This document shows positions 47,847 through 58,850 of a DNA stretch of 64,000 nt, piece by piece (the first letter of the stretch is position 1; every line of letters begins with the position of its first letter). The translations under genes were made by a program, and so were the position numbers. This DNA comes from a bacterium (GTDB lineage: Bacteria > Electryoneota > JAOADG01), in NCBI GenBank assembly GCA_963681965.1, contig OY820579.1:4032001-4096000 (forward strand). The letters are read 5' to 3'. The notes beneath the pieces are model-generated. The model searched no databases, was not told the origin of the DNA, and saw only the letters and a list, made by a program, of their open reading frames with translations.

Positions 47847-49157
47847 TTAGGAAATAGTGGATTGCAACTCAAGTTTTTCTTTGCGATAAAGACGCCAGAG
47901 GAAGAAGTAGCAAATTCCCAGATAGACCACCCGCCCAATCACTTGGCACTGTGGGAACATCGCCAGATAGACGCCGTGACGCGCACGCAGAATGATTGTG
48001 ATATAAGTGACACTCAATCCGGAGATAATGGCAATAAGCGATAAATCTTGACGTTTCACCACATTGAAAACGTGGGTTAGCGGCTGAAAGCTGGAAACTA
48101 GGATTGTGATCAACGTCCACTGTGCTGCAGGGATGGCATCGACATAATTCGGTAGAACGTAGTGAACAAGGGGTGGCAAGACATACCATCCAATCACCGC
48201 CATCGGGATCGTCATCATGAACATATAGGGCACTACTTTCAAGCCCATGATAATAATTTCCCTGACTTTCCCGTTCTTACCGTATCGTTCGGACATTCGC
48301 GGAAACAGCATAAAACCGACCCATTGGGTAACGTATAGCGCTTGCCACATATTCGTTGCCAACGCATACTTACCGAACGATTCCACCGATGTGTACAATA
48401 AGATTGTGGTGCCCAGAAAAGTCGAATTCCACCACTCGTATAGGATATCCACCGAAAAAATGGGAAAACCGATTTTCAATAAGTGTAGAAAGTGTGTTTT
48501 ATTCCACTTCGGTTTTACTTTAATTGGACGCCAATGCCACAGCAGCAAGAGTTGCGCAGCACCAGTCAATACCGCCCGGATACACAATCCGTAGAAATTG
48601 AAATAGAAGACAAAGATTGTTAGTGCAAGCAGAATACTGCTTTGAATCGAACTCACCATCGCCAGTCGTGCAAAATCGTGACTGGTGCGGTATGTCATGG
48701 TCAGATATAGTTGTCCATAAAAGAAGGAGAAAGCAACAAGGGTATTCGTGAACCAGCCGATTGCAACCTGATATTCCCCTTTGAAAACATGCCACATTGC
48801 AATCACAAACATCACAAACGACACTGTCGACCCAACGATCAGTGTCCACGCTTGTGCTGCCGCAGTCAGTTCGTAAACCCGCTTCGTATCGCCTTTACCG
48901 GCATAATATGGGATTTCGCGGTTCAGACCGTTTAAAATACCGAATTGAAGAAAAGTCGAGTAAGACATGCCGAGTTGATTGATACTATTGAATAGTCCAA
49001 GCACCTTCGGCAGGGCAATCATGGTGGTGACAAATTGAGCAGCAAGACGGACAAACATCGAAAAGATGTTACCGCTAATAAACAAAGCCGCGATTTTCCC
49101 AAACGAGCGTGGCTTTGGTGGTTCCGCAGAATTCTTATTTTCAGGACTTAAATTCAT
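47847..49157 (-). CDS. Oligosaccharide flippase (Wzx/MOP family)
   Basis: About 12 hydrophobic segments; FGILNGLNREIPYY, LLKIGFPI, LFPRMSERYG, VLPNYVDAIP. Confidence 0.75.
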   Translation of the reverse strand: MNLSPENKNSAEPPKPRSFGKIAALFISGNIFSMFVRLAAQFVTTMIALPKVLGLFNSINQLGMSYSTFLQFGILNGLNREIPYYAGKGDTKRVYELTAAAQAWTLIVGSTVSFVMFVIAMWHVFKGEYQVAIGWFTNTLVAFSFFYGQLYLTMTYRTSHDFARLAMVSSIQSSILLALTIFVFYFNFYGLCIRAVLTGAAQLLLLWHWRPIKVKPKWNKTHFLHLLKIGFPIFSVDILYEWWNSTFLGTTILLYTSVESFGKYALATNMWQALYVTQWVGFMLFPRMSERYGKNGKVREIIIMGLKVVPYMFMMTIPMAVIGWYVLPPLVHYVLPNYVDAIPAAQWTLITILVSSFQPLTHVFNVVKRQDLSLIAIISGLSVTYITIILRARHGVYLAMFPQCQVIGRVVYLGICYFFLWRLYRKEKLELQSTIS

Positions 49158-49242
49158 ATTTTCCAATGACTGAACAATATTAGTTCTAGCTTAAGCATTC
49201 GATAGTACTAAATTCAGCGAAGACATGCAAATGTATATACCG

Positions 49243-49276
49243 AAAAAAAACGCCCATAGTTTCCCATGGGCGTTTT
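49243..49276 (-). terminator. Intrinsic terminator after the giant surface protein gene
   Basis: A8-CGCCCAT...ATGGGCGTTTT. Confidence 0.75.
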
Positions 49277-49298
49277 CCTATTCTTGTGAAGACGAATA

Positions 49299-52200
49299 CT
49301 ACTTCACCATCACCATCTTCTTGATCGAAGTAAACGATCCGCTTTCGATGCGATAGAAATACACACCGGTTGCGAGTGCGTTACCCCGGAACCGAACCGA
49401 ATGGTAACCTGCGGGCAAATAGTTGTTCACCAACGTTGCAACTTGCTGTCCAAGAGCGTTGTAGATCGTCAACTTCGTCAGTCCAGCCTTCTTCAGGTCG
49501 AATCGGATTTCAGTTGAAGGATTGAACGGGTTTGGATAGTTCTGATGCAACTTGTATTCAAGCGGTAGCTTACTATTCTCAGCGACCGCTGTTCTGGTAA
49601 CAAGTATTGTAACCGGAATGGTCACGGTAGTACAAGCGTTCGAAGTAAATACGATATTCGCAGCCAGAGTCGTTCCTTCTGCAATCGTATCCGCTGCAAA
49701 CATAGTCACGCCAACTTCCAACAACTGACCTTCGCCTACATCAGCCGAGGATGGGCTAACGCGGACGTAGTCGTAGAAGCTGTTCAGATTGAATTCGACG
49801 CAATAATCGGTTAAACCGCTAACGAAAACTGTTGAGTCGAATACATTGATTCCACCGGCGCCTTCGTTGTCGATACCGGCGACATATGGAATACCGGAGG
49901 TCGGAGCCAGCGTTCCAAGAGACTGGTACTGAATCTTCACCAAACCGTTCTGATAGAGAACGATTTCGAAGGTCTTGCTGTACGCGGCATTGTCCCGATA
50001 TGTCGAGTTGTAATAACGAACGTTGTTGAACTGAACCACCATACGGTTCGGATTCGACAACATCTGGTAGTAGTAGTGCGATGTACCAACTACGTGGTAA
50101 TTATCGAATTTGAACGGACCAATCTGATAGTAATTCGATGGAAGTGCTCCGTAATACGCGCAGTTATAACCGTAGCCACGGAACGTCAAGAAGCCATTCG
50201 CCGATACATAGATGGAGTCGAAGTTCTGACCATAGAACGGCATTGTAAAGCCGATCGGAATCGAGTTCGTCCAACCGTCGTCATCGCTGCCGTTGAAGTT
50301 GGTGATTTCGGTACCGGTCGTGGCAATATCTTCCCAGTTGTAGGACGCGCCACCACCGTTATTGTCGCGAGCGACATAACCGGCGGAGTCGGCATTCCAG
50401 AAATTATCGGTCGGAGAAGTCATAACCGGTGTATTTGCTCTTACCCACTGAGCGTACGCTTCCTTCTCAGCCGGAGTACCATGAACCGGAATAGGAGGAT
50501 TGCGTGGATCGGGAGTAATCGGATTCAATTGATTACGCGGACGAACACGCATCGTACCATCGGTCGGATACGTCACGTTCGCAGCAAATGACAACTGATA
50601 GTCGCCGGTGTTGCGCAACACGATCGTCTGTGCCGTCGAATCTCCTGGTGCGATTGCACATTCGATCGAAGACAAATCGGTAGTGATTTGCGGTGCACCG
50701 AGAACATCGTTGAAGTCGACAGTGTCGGTACCGCTGATTTCGTAGTTTACATACGAAATAATCGGGTACATACACGGTTTTTGAATCGTGATGTTGTAGG
50801 ATCCGGACGGAACTAACAAGTTCCAGATACCGTCGGCATCGGTGGTTGTGGTCCATGCGCCATTGTGAATATTAATCTCGGCGCCTTCGACTGGATCGTC
50901 GTTCAAACGGTGTACGATACCGTTAAGTGGTACTACCGTCGGAGCTTCGACCATTACGTTGTCGACGAATAAATACGGACCGCCGCGATTGTGCGAAATG
51001 AAACCAAGCTGAACCGATGCTTGACCCACTGCTTCACCGGGCATCCAGATTTCGCCATGACCCCAATTTGCTACCGCAGCCGGAGGAACTGTAGCAGTTC
51101 CGCCAGTACCGGGAACAACACGAAGATTGCGAGTCGTGTCGGTAGTATTGCCGTTACGTGACCAAACCAATGAACGAGTGGTCATACCGTCAAGTGAATA
51201 AACGACATCGAGCGTATCGGGAGTCGTATAGGTGCGATTGAAATAATACCAATCGAATGTCACTTTAACGATTGTCGCGCCGGTCGTTACAAACGGCGGT
51301 GTCCACAATTCGTCGATCTGTCCCGAAGCCGGGGTGTAGTTGCTGAACGTTAACAGGGCGGAATTCACACCGCCGGAGCTGTAACGCGACCATGTCGTCA
51401 GGTTGTCGGCGTTGACACGCGTCCAATCTGCCGGTGGGAATAACGGTTGTTCGAAATCCTGGCTGAATGGCAACGAGAATGCCCCTTGGGTCGTAAATGT
51501 GGCTGCGCCGGAGAAGGCGGTTTCAACATTTGCGCCGTTGCGAGCAACGATGCGAACCGAGTCATCCGAGGTTGGTGCAAGACCACTGAACGACGGGGTT
51601 CCCCATTGTGTCAGTGTACGCCAGACGGGATCGGCACCAAGGAAGCCGTTCAACTGAACATACTGATCGTTCACGGCGATCGCATATTCAGTATATGCCG
51701 GATTAGGATTGGTTTCGTTGTTGTTAATCGTGATCGTTGCCGACGTGATTCCGATTGTCGTAACCGTCGGAACTGCCGGAACGGAAGCTAATGTCCATGT
51801 GTCGAGTGTGGCATAGTCAGTCGAAATGACGGTACCGGCTGCCGCGGCGACATGGTAGTAATAATGAGTGTTGACCGACAGATCGTTGTCAGTCCAGGTC
51901 TGTGCATTCGCGGCAGCAGTGCCAACGGTTGCATAGGCTGAATCGACTAACGAACGGGTAATCGAAAATCCGGTTTCAGTCGTCGATCGATCGTGCCAGC
52001 GTAGCTGAATCGAAGAAATCGTGATCGTTCCAGCCAGTAAGCTGTCCGGAGAAACCGGAGCAAGACCGGTACCAGTCGTAAACGACCAGATTGGACCCGG
52101 ATTGGAAGTTGCACCATTGTGTGCGATCACTTGCCAGTAATACTGCGTATTGGCGGCGAAGTTGCTGCCAATCGTGAAACTAGTGGCGGTGATATCGGTA

Positions 52201-55200
52201 GCAAGGGTTTCTTCCGGTGGCGTAGTTGTGCTAACGCGAACGTCGTAGGTCGTCGCGGCGGCTGCAGCAGCCCAACGCAAGGTAATGTTCTGCGGTTGGT
52301 TTGTCGCACCGTCTGCCGGCGATGGATTGCTTGCCTGACCCAAAGTGTAGAACATATAAGTAGTGTTCTGCGCTGGAACCGGCGGACCATACTGAATACC
52401 GCGCGTACCGTTGCTATCCTGAATAGCGGCGGCAGCGAACGTTGTACCAGTGGCAATCGGACCATATACCACGTAGAACGTACCGTTCTCGCACAATACC
52501 ACTTGAGCGTCAACGGTAGCAGCCGTCGAACCTAAAGTGTGCAATGCGGAATAGCTGATCAACAAGCGGTTCGGATTGGTCAATGTTTCATACTTCACGA
52601 CCGTCGGCGAAACAACCGACATATCGTAATTCCAGAAATAGATACCCGCTGGATAGGTCGCCAGTGGGAATGTTGGACTGGTGTAGTTGTAAGCATTGGC
52701 GGCACCGAATTGAATACGACCGTTCGTACCGGCATAGAAGGTGGTGTAGTCTCTGCCATAGAATGGGAACGAGAAGCCGATTGGGAATGGACCTGCAGAA
52801 CCGTCATCGGTAGATGTCCAAGTCGAAACCGTAGCTGCCGTTTCCGAAGGAGTGATCCAACTGTGGGTCGGTCCACCCGTTTGGGCATTCGAAGTGATGT
52901 ATCGATAGCCGTAGCTGTCGGGACCACCGTGGTTGATATCGGCAGTAGTGATCGATGCTTCCGGACCAACAGCCGCTGCAACACCTTCACCATTGACTGC
53001 GACTACGGCAAAATGATAAGTCGCGCCCGAAGTCAAACCACTAACAACGTAGTTAGTCCAACCCGGTCGGGTTACCGATCGCGCATTGGTCGTATCCAAC
53101 GTTCCGGTGGCGGTTACCCAGCGTGCTGGGGTAGTAGAAATTTCAGTCAATTTGTAACGGGTGTTCGAACCGTTGTTGTCAAGTCCAAGACCCGTGATCG
53201 AAACGGTATAGAAACCTTGTCCCGAAAGAGCAAGCGTCGGAGCGCCAGCCATAACAGGAGTCGTCCAACCGGTTGCATTGGCAAAGTTGACCGAGGAAAT
53301 GGTTCCGTTCTGCGAGAAAGCACGATACCAATACTGCGTACCCGGAGTTAAAGCATTGTCCGTGTAGCTGGTGATATTCACACCGACAGTAGCTAAGTCG
53401 GTATAAGTAATACCATCAACCGAGCGCTTTATGGCAAAACCGGTTTCATTGTTCGAATTGTCAGTCCAGCCGAACGTGAGACTGCCGGTTGTCGGGGCGG
53501 TGATTACACCAGCCGATGGTGCTGCAGGTGCTGCACCGGCGGCAGTCGTGAATGACCATACCGGACCCGAATTAACCAAACTGCCAGTAGTATCGGCATT
53601 GGCAGTTACCTGCCAGTAATAAGTAGTGTTGGCTGACAACGTCGGAGTATAGGTTGTTCCGACTTGATGAGTTGCAACTTGAGCAACTGGTGGATTTTCA
53701 GTGTCGAATTTCACATCGTAGCTGATTGCTGCAACGCAAGGATCCCAAGTCAACGCGGTGTTGGTCGGGATGTTGGTCGAAGCATTTTCCGGTAGTGGAT
53801 TCGACGGTTGACCCAAGCGATAGAACATATAAGTGGTGTTCTGAGCCGGGATCGGCGGTCCGTACTGAATACCGCGCGTGCCGTTGCTATCCTGAATTGC
53901 CGCTGCGGAGAACGTAGTCGTCGCTGCGATTGCACCATACACGACATAGAACGTTCCGTCTTCGCACAATACCACTTGCGCGTCAACAGTCGCTGCTGTC
54001 GAACCCAGCGTATGCAACGCCGAGTAATTGATCAACAAGCGATTCGGATTGGTCAATACTTCGTAGCTAACGACGGTCGGCGACACGACCGACATATCGT
54101 AGTTCCAGAAATAGATTCCAGCGGGGTATGTCGCCATCGGGAAAACAGTGCTGGTATAGTTATAGGCATTGGCGGCACCGAACTGAATTCGACCGTTGGA
54201 ACCCGCATAGAACGTAGTATAAGTTCTTTCGTAGAACGGGAACGTAAAGCCGATCGGGAATGGACCAGCCTGACCGTCGTCAGTGGATGTCCATGTCGAG
54301 ACTAACGTTGCGTTCGCCGAGGGGGTGATCCAACTATGGGTCGGTCCACCGGTCTGCGCATTCGACGTGATGTAGCGGTAGCCGTAGCTATCGGGACCAC
54401 CGTGATTGATGTCAGCGGTGGTAATCGAAGCTGCCGGACCTGCTGCTGCTTCCACGTCCGCACCGTTCACTGCAACTGCTGCGAAACGATACGTTGCGCC
54501 GGAGGTCAAACCGCTGATCGCGTAATTCGTCCAGCCCAATCGAGTAGTCAGACGAGGGGTACCACCAAGCGTATTCGATCCGGTTACCCACTGAGTTGTA
54601 TTCAATTCCTGAATCTTATAACGAGTGGTCGTGCCATTCTGATCTGTCGGCAACGACGTGATCGCCATGGTGTAATAACCTTGTCCAACTAATGCAACTG
54701 TCGGTGCGCTAGCGGCTACAGGGTTAGTCCAACCGTTGACATCGGCAAATGCGACCGACGTGGCGTTCGCGTTCTGCGAAAATACCCGATAGAAATACTG
54801 GCTGCTGGGAGTCAGGTTGTTATCGGTATAAGACGTCGCGTTTGCTGCGGCAGTACCGATCATCGTAAATGCAGTACCGTCGAAACGATACACTGGAAAT
54901 CCGGATTCGTTATTCGAATTGTCAGTCCAGTGAATCGTAAGCGAAGTCGTCGCATTGTCGGTGATCGTTGCTGCGGTCGGTGCGTTCGGAGCCACTCCGT
55001 TACCAGCAGTAAAGCTCCATACCGGACCGGGATTGGAGATCGTGCCGTACAGTGCCGTAACCTGCCAGTAATAAGTCGTACCGGCTGTGAGTTGCGTCGG
55101 CGTATAGGCATTGCCAATCTGATTTTCCGACACTAAAGCAGTAGGAGGTGTTTCAGTATCGAAATTCACGTTGTAACCGGTTGCGCCCGGAATGAGATCC

Positions 55201-57548
55201 CACATCAGGGTCGCATTTAACGGAACGTTCGTCGCTCCATCCGGTGGTGCCGGATTGGCTGGCGGACGATGCAAGCCGGCGATCGTGATGTTGTCCAAAT
55301 ATAGGTTCGGACCGTAATCGGTTCGACCAAGGAAGCCGATCAGAACGCTGGGATGATTTTCAACTTCGGCGGGTAATGGGATATCTGCACGTACCCACGT
55401 TCCGGGGGTCGTCGAACCTCCGGTTGTACCGGTTGGAAGTGCGTGTTCGGCAGTTCCACGCCCAGCCCAATAAAATGCCGATGAATAGGTAACGCCGCCA
55501 TCAAAGGAATAAACAATTTCCAATGTGTCGGAATAGGTTGCCGTGTAACCGCCATAATAGGAGCGATCAAATGCAACCGAAATGCCCGAATAGCCTACGG
55601 TCGAAATCGGTGGTGACCAGAGGAAATCTTTCGAGTTACGATTGGCATCGGACCAGAAATAGATATATGCACTACCAGCATTGCCATTACCGGTGGCGAA
55701 ATACGCCCAGGTATTACCGATCACGGGTTGCTGAACCACTTGCCAATCGGCTGGTGGAAATGTCGTGCCTGCGGAGAAGTTTTCCGAGAACGGCATCGAG
55801 AATGCACTCGATGTCATTGCAACGACCGAGCCAGAATATGCGGTAAGAATATTCTCGCCGTTCTTTGCCCGTACTTGGAACGAATACGATTGACCGGCAG
55901 TCAAGCCACGCACTGGAATGGAAGCACCCCAGGCAGCCATCGTAGCCCAAGCTTCGGTAGCAGCCATCGTACCGTTCGTTTGAACGAAGTTGTCATTCGT
56001 CGTGCAGTGAATTGAATAAAGAGTGTAATCGGGATTGGCAGGAGTGCTCGGGGTTAAACCCAATGCAATCGAAGTAATACCGGTCGACACAACTGTCGGA
56101 GTACCGGGAACATTTGCCAAAGTCCAACCGTTCGCTTCGGCAAAGTCGACCGATGTTGCGGTCGCATTTTGCGAGAAGATACGGTAAAAATAGTGCGTGT
56201 TGGGTGTCAGGTTGTTATCGACATGGGACGTCGCATTCGCGGCAGCGGTCGCTAGTGCGGTGTACGTTGTACCGGATAATCGCGAAATCGGAAATCCGGT
56301 TTCGTTGTTCGAATTGTCCGTCCAGCCGATTGTCAACGCCGACGAAGTATTGCCAGTAATCGATCCGGCAGAAGGCGCATTCGGCGCGGTTCCGCCACCG
56401 GTGGTAAAGGACCAAACCGGACCAGCGTTGGATTGCGTGCCACCATTATTGTACGCAACGACTTTCCAATAATAGGTAGTATTTGCGCTCAACGTTGGGC
56501 TATAAGAAGTATCGGTCTGTTGAGTCGATACCGATGCCACCGGGGGATTTTCAGTATCGAAATAAACATCGTACGATGCTGCCGAAGTTGTCTGTCGCCA
56601 GCGCAGAACGGTGTTCGTCGGAACGCCTGTCAGACCGTCGCTCGGATTCGGACCTTCCGGTGCACCGAGTGTATAGATGATGATGGCGCGATTGACAGCC
56701 AATAAATTATTCGGGTTAGCTGCATAAGTAATCTGCAAACCAACAGTACCGGTTGAATTCTGGCAACCTACTGTGCAATAGGTTGCTTCGGTTGCCGGAG
56801 CCGCGGCATACTGCAATTTGATGAGACCGCTGGGATAGAGAATCATCTGAAAGCTAAGTGGAGTTGTTCCGCCAAGCAGTGTCGGGCTAATCCAGCTACA
56901 AACAAAAGCGGTATCGGATGAGATGTATTTGATCGCATTAGCGGTCGATGAAAGGTCATCCCACCATGCGAAAATCGCATCAACCGGTGTTCCATACAAA
57001 CCAGCGGTTGCATTCGGCAGAGCAGTATTGGTATACCAAGCCGAACTAGTGTTACTTGCGTAGGTTGAAGAAAACGAGATAAAACCATTTACACTGATAT
57101 AGCAATTGGTGTAAGTATGTCCGTAATAAGGGAACGAAAATCCGAGCGGAACTGCTGCAGTTGTCACGTCGTCGCCGATGGGACCACCTGTTCCAGAGTT
57201 ACTCAGATCGATCCACGAATAGGTCGGACCATTTGCTTCGCGATCGTCCATCCACCGATAACCGGCGGAATCCGGACCGCCAAAGGCATCGGTCGTCGGT
57301 GTTCGCGGTAGAAAAGCGTTCGGATTACGTGCCCGGATCATCTGTTCGATGATCGGATACGCCATCTGCTTCTCCGTAGTTGTGATTGACTCCCCACGTA
57401 AAGCCCGCTCTGCGATTTGACGCGCATAAGCATCCTTCTCGGGGGAGGAATAAGTTCCTGTCGCAAATACCATCGATGACATCAGCAGCAATAGCAGCAT
57501 CGTCAACGAAAGTAAAACAACAGGAGTTTTTCTATCGACATTCATCAT
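49299..57548 (-). CDS. 2749-aa secreted/surface protein with FN3/Ig-like repeats, GGPDxxGY modules and a T9SS-type-A-like tail
   Basis: GGAGG RBS, signal peptide, repeated WTDNSNNETGF and NP.P....TN...YYW.V...GPVWSFT units, LHQNYPNPFNPST tail. Confidence 0.85.
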   Translation of the reverse strand: MMNVDRKTPVVLLSLTMLLLLLMSSMVFATGTYSSPEKDAYARQIAERALRGESITTTEKQMAYPIIEQMIRARNPNAFLPRTPTTDAFGGPDSAGYRWMDDREANGPTYSWIDLSNSGTGGPIGDDVTTAAVPLGFSFPYYGHTYTNCYISVNGFISFSSTYASNTSSAWYTNTALPNATAGLYGTPVDAIFAWWDDLSSTANAIKYISSDTAFVCSWISPTLLGGTTPLSFQMILYPSGLIKLQYAAAPATEATYCTVGCQNSTGTVGLQITYAANPNNLLAVNRAIIIYTLGAPEGPNPSDGLTGVPTNTVLRWRQTTSAASYDVYFDTENPPVASVSTQQTDTSYSPTLSANTTYYWKVVAYNNGGTQSNAGPVWSFTTGGGTAPNAPSAGSITGNTSSALTIGWTDNSNNETGFPISRLSGTTYTALATAAANATSHVDNNLTPNTHYFYRIFSQNATATSVDFAEANGWTLANVPGTPTVVSTGITSIALGLTPSTPANPDYTLYSIHCTTNDNFVQTNGTMAATEAWATMAAWGASIPVRGLTAGQSYSFQVRAKNGENILTAYSGSVVAMTSSAFSMPFSENFSAGTTFPPADWQVVQQPVIGNTWAYFATGNGNAGSAYIYFWSDANRNSKDFLWSPPISTVGYSGISVAFDRSYYGGYTATYSDTLEIVYSFDGGVTYSSAFYWAGRGTAEHALPTGTTGGSTTPGTWVRADIPLPAEVENHPSVLIGFLGRTDYGPNLYLDNITIAGLHRPPANPAPPDGATNVPLNATLMWDLIPGATGYNVNFDTETPPTALVSENQIGNAYTPTQLTAGTTYYWQVTALYGTISNPGPVWSFTAGNGVAPNAPTAATITDNATTSLTIHWTDNSNNESGFPVYRFDGTAFTMIGTAAANATSYTDNNLTPSSQYFYRVFSQNANATSVAFADVNGWTNPVAASAPTVALVGQGYYTMAITSLPTDQNGTTTRYKIQELNTTQWVTGSNTLGGTPRLTTRLGWTNYAISGLTSGATYRFAAVAVNGADVEAAAGPAASITTADINHGGPDSYGYRYITSNAQTGGPTHSWITPSANATLVSTWTSTDDGQAGPFPIGFTFPFYERTYTTFYAGSNGRIQFGAANAYNYTSTVFPMATYPAGIYFWNYDMSVVSPTVVSYEVLTNPNRLLINYSALHTLGSTAATVDAQVVLCEDGTFYVVYGAIAATTTFSAAAIQDSNGTRGIQYGPPIPAQNTTYMFYRLGQPSNPLPENASTNIPTNTALTWDPCVAAISYDVKFDTENPPVAQVATHQVGTTYTPTLSANTTYYWQVTANADTTGSLVNSGPVWSFTTAAGAAPAAPSAGVITAPTTGSLTFGWTDNSNNETGFAIKRSVDGITYTDLATVGVNITSYTDNALTPGTQYWYRAFSQNGTISSVNFANATGWTTPVMAGAPTLALSGQGFYTVSITGLGLDNNGSNTRYKLTEISTTPARWVTATGTLDTTNARSVTRPGWTNYVVSGLTSGATYHFAVVAVNGEGVAAAVGPEASITTADINHGGPDSYGYRYITSNAQTGGPTHSWITPSETAATVSTWTSTDDGSAGPFPIGFSFPFYGRDYTTFYAGTNGRIQFGAANAYNYTSPTFPLATYPAGIYFWNYDMSVVSPTVVKYETLTNPNRLLISYSALHTLGSTAATVDAQVVLCENGTFYVVYGPIATGTTFAAAAIQDSNGTRGIQYGPPVPAQNTTYMFYTLGQASNPSPADGATNQPQNITLRWAAAAAATTYDVRVSTTTPPEETLATDITATSFTIGSNFAANTQYYWQVIAHNGATSNPGPIWSFTTGTGLAPVSPDSLLAGTITISSIQLRWHDRSTTETGFSITRSLVDSAYATVGTAAANAQTWTDNDLSVNTHYYYHVAAAAGTVISTDYATLDTWTLASVPAVPTVTTIGITSATITINNNETNPNPAYTEYAIAVNDQYVQLNGFLGADPVWRTLTQWGTPSFSGLAPTSDDSVRIVARNGANVETAFSGAATFTTQGAFSLPFSQDFEQPLFPPADWTRVNADNLTTWSRYSSGGVNSALLTFSNYTPASGQIDELWTPPFVTTGATIVKVTFDWYYFNRTYTTPDTLDVVYSLDGMTTRSLVWSRNGNTTDTTRNLRVVPGTGGTATVPPAAVANWGHGEIWMPGEAVGQASVQLGFISHNRGGPYLFVDNVMVEAPTVVPLNGIVHRLNDDPVEGAEINIHNGAWTTTTDADGIWNLLVPSGSYNITIQKPCMYPIISYVNYEISGTDTVDFNDVLGAPQITTDLSSIECAIAPGDSTAQTIVLRNTGDYQLSFAANVTYPTDGTMRVRPRNQLNPITPDPRNPPIPVHGTPAEKEAYAQWVRANTPVMTSPTDNFWNADSAGYVARDNNGGGASYNWEDIATTGTEITNFNGSDDDGWTNSIPIGFTMPFYGQNFDSIYVSANGFLTFRGYGYNCAYYGALPSNYYQIGPFKFDNYHVVGTSHYYYQMLSNPNRMVVQFNNVRYYNSTYRDNAAYSKTFEIVLYQNGLVKIQYQSLGTLAPTSGIPYVAGIDNEGAGGINVFDSTVFVSGLTDYCVEFNLNSFYDYVRVSPSSADVGEGQLLEVGVTMFAADTIAEGTTLAANIVFTSNACTTVTIPVTILVTRTAVAENSKLPLEYKLHQNYPNPFNPSTEIRFDLKKAGLTKLTIYNALGQQVATLVNNYLPAGYHSVRFRGNALATGVYFYRIESGSFTSIKKMVMVK

Positions 57549-58049
57549 ATACCTCCGACTTTTGAGTAAACTCTATCTAAGTAAGAAAGCGGTGTTGAAT
57601 CGCCGGATCGATTGTTCATGAGCGGCGAACGCAAACTCCAATACTCGAGGATGATCCAGATCGAGATCCGCAAGTGAGAGTATTCGTTCGAGGGAAACGC
57701 TCAAGCTTACAAATCACAGATCATTCCTGCGGGTAGCGCAAGATCAAATTCTAACTTAGGAAATCTCTAATGATTAGAGACATAAATCATACAGCCTGAT
57801 TAAAACCGGTTGTGTGCACAAGATAGATCTTCTAGTAACTTCCGACAACACTACTGCAAAGCGAAAAAAACGAATTTTGAAGCTCCTATAACCGTGTATG
57901 TTCTATAATGTGAATATTTTGGGGTGTTTATATCACGTCTCATCGAGTTTACAACTCTTACTTTCGTATTTCGAACAGGATACCGACTACAGAGTCGAGA
58001 TATGGGAAGCGCGGAGGGGAATTGATCACACCTCCAAGAGTAAACATGT

Positions 58050-58065
58050 CGTGATCTGGATCACA
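58050..58065. promoter_or_regulatory. CRP/FNR/Rex-like palindrome in the divergent intergenic region
   Basis: CGTGA-TCTGGA-TCACA versus TGTGA-N6-TCACA. Confidence 0.35.
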
Positions 58066-58406
58066 GATTGGCAATCAACAAAGTCACTATGATCTTGATA
58101 TTTAGTAATAAAACAAAATTAATCTGTGATTAAGTATTTTTGCTCGACGAGATTAGCCAAGTTGCCGCTGAGGTGTTACGGATAGAATATCTGTCATTTG
58201 CATAATCGACGAGATCGTTTTGCTTCGCAATTGCTCGGAAGTAAGGCTTTAGCCTGACAAATTCTACTTCTATTCAAGTGCTATCAGGCTTATGGCTTTT
58301 AACTGAATAGATTAACTTGGCTGTAGCGTTGGATTTTATTCCATTCTCTGTTTCATTTTCAAGAATTGCGGATTGAAGACCGAATCGATAAATCAGTGTG
58401 TCTATG

Positions 58407-58613
58407 GTAGGGGCGTTCTTACGCGTCCGCTCGTAGCAGTTGAACTGGCAGAATGTGTAGATTGAAATATTTCATCAAAAGATGCGGGCGTTACTCCTTC
58501 GTTAAGCGCTTTGCGGTTGCCATAAGCCCCTACTTTAGCTAATGCACCAGACACGGGCGATTCGCGAACCGCCCCTACCAAAGATGTAGTTAAAAGGCTG
58601 AAGCCTGACCTCC
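58407..58613. repeat. Intergenic REP cluster
   Basis: GTAGGGGCG (58407); inverted GCCCCTAC ends near 58533 and 58578; AGGCTGAAGCCTGACCTCC near 58595-58613. Confidence 0.7.
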
Positions 58614-58850
58614 GAGTGCTGGAATTATTCTCACCTCCCAGATTTATTGATGCACAATATGAACTTTCGGGAAATAGTTGCTCACACTCGTGTCACCATA
58701 TAGTAATTATTCAATAATAATGTGTCGGATAAATGTGTTCGATCTTTCGCTAATAATGAGTACTGCCGAACTTGCCATTCTATTCGTACTTTATAAAACA
58801 CCTAGCTATCATCGAATATTAATGAATATCAATTCGAACGGAAACCGTGG

